Position numbers and translations under genes: made by a program | Assembly (NCBI RefSeq): GCF_009914755.1 | Contig: NC_060925.1 | Direction: 5' to 3' (one strand) | Origin: the human T2T-CHM13v2.0 reference genome, Homo sapiens | DNA length: 64,000 nt | Shown: one piece after another, positions 60,701 to 64,000 of the stretch | Numbering within the stretch: position 1 is the first letter of the stretch | Layout: each line of letters starts with the position of its first letter | Notes under the pieces: generated by a model | The model's database searches: none | Told to the model about the DNA's origin: nothing | What the model saw: the letters and a program-made list of their open reading frames with translations, nothing else

Positions 60701-61831
60701 CAAATTTGCCAGGCCGTAATAATTAGAGATGAACAGAGCATGCTCACGTCCAGTTGGGAGGGAGCTCTGGAAAGCAAACTTGGAATTCTGGAGGATTTAC
60801 CATGAGCTAGACACAGCTCCTTTAATCAGCACAGCCCTATGAACTTCACAGGTTTTACTAATCCCATTTTACAGATGAGGGAACTGAGGCTCAGTGAGGT
60901 AAAGTCACTTGCCTGAGATCACAGGGCTGAAGAAAGAGGCAAGAGGAAGCATTTGAATCCAGGCCTCTCAGGCTTTGGGCCTGGGGCCTCCTATCACCCC
61001 TGGGGTGGCAAGGGAGGAGCCGATCAAAGGAAGAACTAATCTTGCTTGGCACGTGCCTACAATGCCACCGTGATATTAGTTCCTGGGCCAGAACCATATA
61101 TGCATTCCTTTAATTTGGGCATCATTGTTATCATTTAATTTTAACTCTGCTATTTTGTCTGGAGCTAGTCAGGTTTCACAAACTCCTTCCCAATTCATCT
61201 CATTACTGCAAAAAATAAAGACTGTTATTTTCAATGAAGACAATGTGACTCCTTTCCAGGGGCCAGAAGCTGGTCTCCCTGGATTCCAGTTTCCACGGTC
61301 AGAAACAAGGGCTGCGGCCGGTCCCAGCCCATGACTACAGAGCTTAGAAATGCAGGTGGCACGTCCCCTCCGTAGATGAAGCCACTTAATTACCATGCAA
61401 TCAATATGCAAACAAGTGCCAAACTGGGTTTGAATCAAATTTCTCATTGGGGACTCAGTGGGGGAGGAAAGTCCAGCCGAAGGGGGCCAACCGGGATGAG
61501 CTGGCAGGGAGGGGGCTGCAGGATGAAGAGATGGGCTTCAGCTGGGACCCAGGCACCTGAGGGTTGCTCAGACACCCTCCACAGTCCCCAGTGTCTGGCA
61601 CGGGGCCTCGCTCCCATTGAGGGGAGCCGGGGCCTGTGGCTCAGGGCTGCAGTCGGCGGGAGGGTTTCCAGGCCTGTCAGCTGAAGTCTGGCGGCCTCCG
61701 CTAATTCATTTGACTCGGAAATCTCAACTTGACCAGGTTCCCCCTCCCTTCTTTAAAACAAACTCATTAAACTTGTCAACACTCATTAGGCCTGTAAAAC
61801 ATTGAACTAGAGCCACTGGGGAGACTTGGAG

Positions 61832-61834
<3 letters not shown>

Positions 61835-61876
<42 letters not shown>
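61835..61876. repeat. (GT)21 microsatellite
   Basis: Perfect repeat counted directly. Confidence 0.97.
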
Positions 61877-61877
<1 letters not shown>

Positions 61878-62189
61878 TGGGAGTGTGTGCTCCAAAGCTG
61901 AACCAGGCCCTGGGAGACCCATCTCCTAGGCTTTGCAGGGGCAGAAGTCACATTCGTTTGTTCATCTACTTCCTTCCTTCCTGCATCTGTGTTTCATCAA
62001 AGGCGGAACAGCTTGGGGGTTTGCAGCATCAGACTTGAGCTGGAATCGGCCTTTACCCTCCTGGCACTCCAATGCAGCCCTCTCCTTAGCCTTGCCAGTG
62101 TATCAGTTTAACCCATCTGCGATATGGGTATTGTCATAACGGACCCATTTCACTGGGCTGTTGGGAAAATAATGCATCTAATGCGCTTA

Positions 62190-62583
<394 letters not shown>

Positions 62584-62778
62584 TGTAACAGGCGGCTTCA
62601 TTTAGCACTTTGAAATTTGGATTTGGAAAGATTCAAGTTTGGATTTGGAAAGATTCAAGTTTGAATTTCAGCTTCCTGGTATGAGACTCTAGATCACAGA
62701 CCATTTCCCTGAGTTTTAGTTTCCCAAAGTAAAATGAGTAAAATAAATGCATGCATAAAAAAAAGGGGGGGATAATGA

Positions 62779-63150
<372 letters not shown>

Positions 63151-64000
63151 TCAGGAATGTCCTTTTTTCTTTATTTCCCTCCCTATTCAACCCACGACCC
63201 CACCTTACCAGGCAGCGCACAATCAGGGGGACAGGTTGAGATCCCATTGCTTTGGCATGGAGCATGGGGGTGATAAGAGGCTACACCTTCTTATGACCTA
63301 ATCCAAAAGTGAGGCAGATATGGGCTCCCAGGAGAGGGGCTGGGGATTGAAACTCCACCCCCAGCCTAAGGGTGGAGGTCCCTCTGATCTGAGAAGCAGA
63401 AGCCTCATGTGGAGAGGAAAAAGTGCTCAGAGGAGGAAAAACTGGCCCCATCGCCTCCACCTTCCATGAAAAAAAAAAAGCCTGCAGTTTTTAAAAACTG
63501 CCTGATGGCAAAGAGACCAAATGACCCCAGATCTAGAAAGAGAAACCAGAGGAAGGGTTCCTGGCTGCTCTTGCTTTCTGTCACTCTTTCCTCCTAAGAA
63601 GCTCCTCTTCTTAGCCCGCACTCTCTGAGCTAGAGACCTGGTCTCCTCTGCCTCCTCCAGGCTGCCAGCAGGACCCAGCTCCGCTAGGCCCAGGGACACT
63701 TAAAGGGAAGCAGAATTCAGGGGCCCGATGAATAGCGGTTTTGTCTGGGCTGCCTTTTAGGATCTGCGACTGCAGTGGTGGTGTGTTCTTTTTCCCTTTA
63801 AAGCGGAGTGTCTGCTGGCTCTCTCTCTCCTCTCTCTCTCCCCTTCCCCTTCTTATTGAGAATGCCCCCTAAAAAAAAAGACGCCAGCCTTCTGCTATTT
63901 TTCTTCTCTCTCTGAAAATGAGAACATCAGCTATTGAAGCGGATTGATGAACTCTTCCCAAAAGTTTATTAAGGGAAGGTTAGACAAAGGCCCCAGGGCC

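Overview
Human (primate) genomic DNA containing the 5' part of PAX7 on the + strand. It holds the CpG-island promoter, a long ATG-free 5' UTR and coding exons 1-4 (paired domain and the octapeptide HSIDGILG). Intron 4 then runs off the end of the window, so no homeodomain exon is present. The upstream ~33 kb is Alu-rich intergenic DNA with older MER2, MER5A, MER20, MER53, MLT1, L1, L2 and MIR relics; repeat subfamily names are assigned from remembered consensus sequences and are tentative. I see no evidence for a wholly new multi-gene system. The most notable observations are: (1) a decayed ~217-bp mitochondrial ND1 fragment (NUMT) inside an Alu that itself sits inside a MER2; (2) a 20-unit minisatellite amplified from the first 19 bp of an Alu; (3) a perfect (GGAA)17 embedded in enhancer-like DNA ~20 kb upstream of PAX7; (4) two tandem splice acceptors giving +/-Q and +/-GL paired-domain isoforms; (5) a possible intron-4 read-through/polyadenylated, homeodomain-less PAX7 isoform; (6) several small duplications carrying template-switch or gene-conversion signatures.
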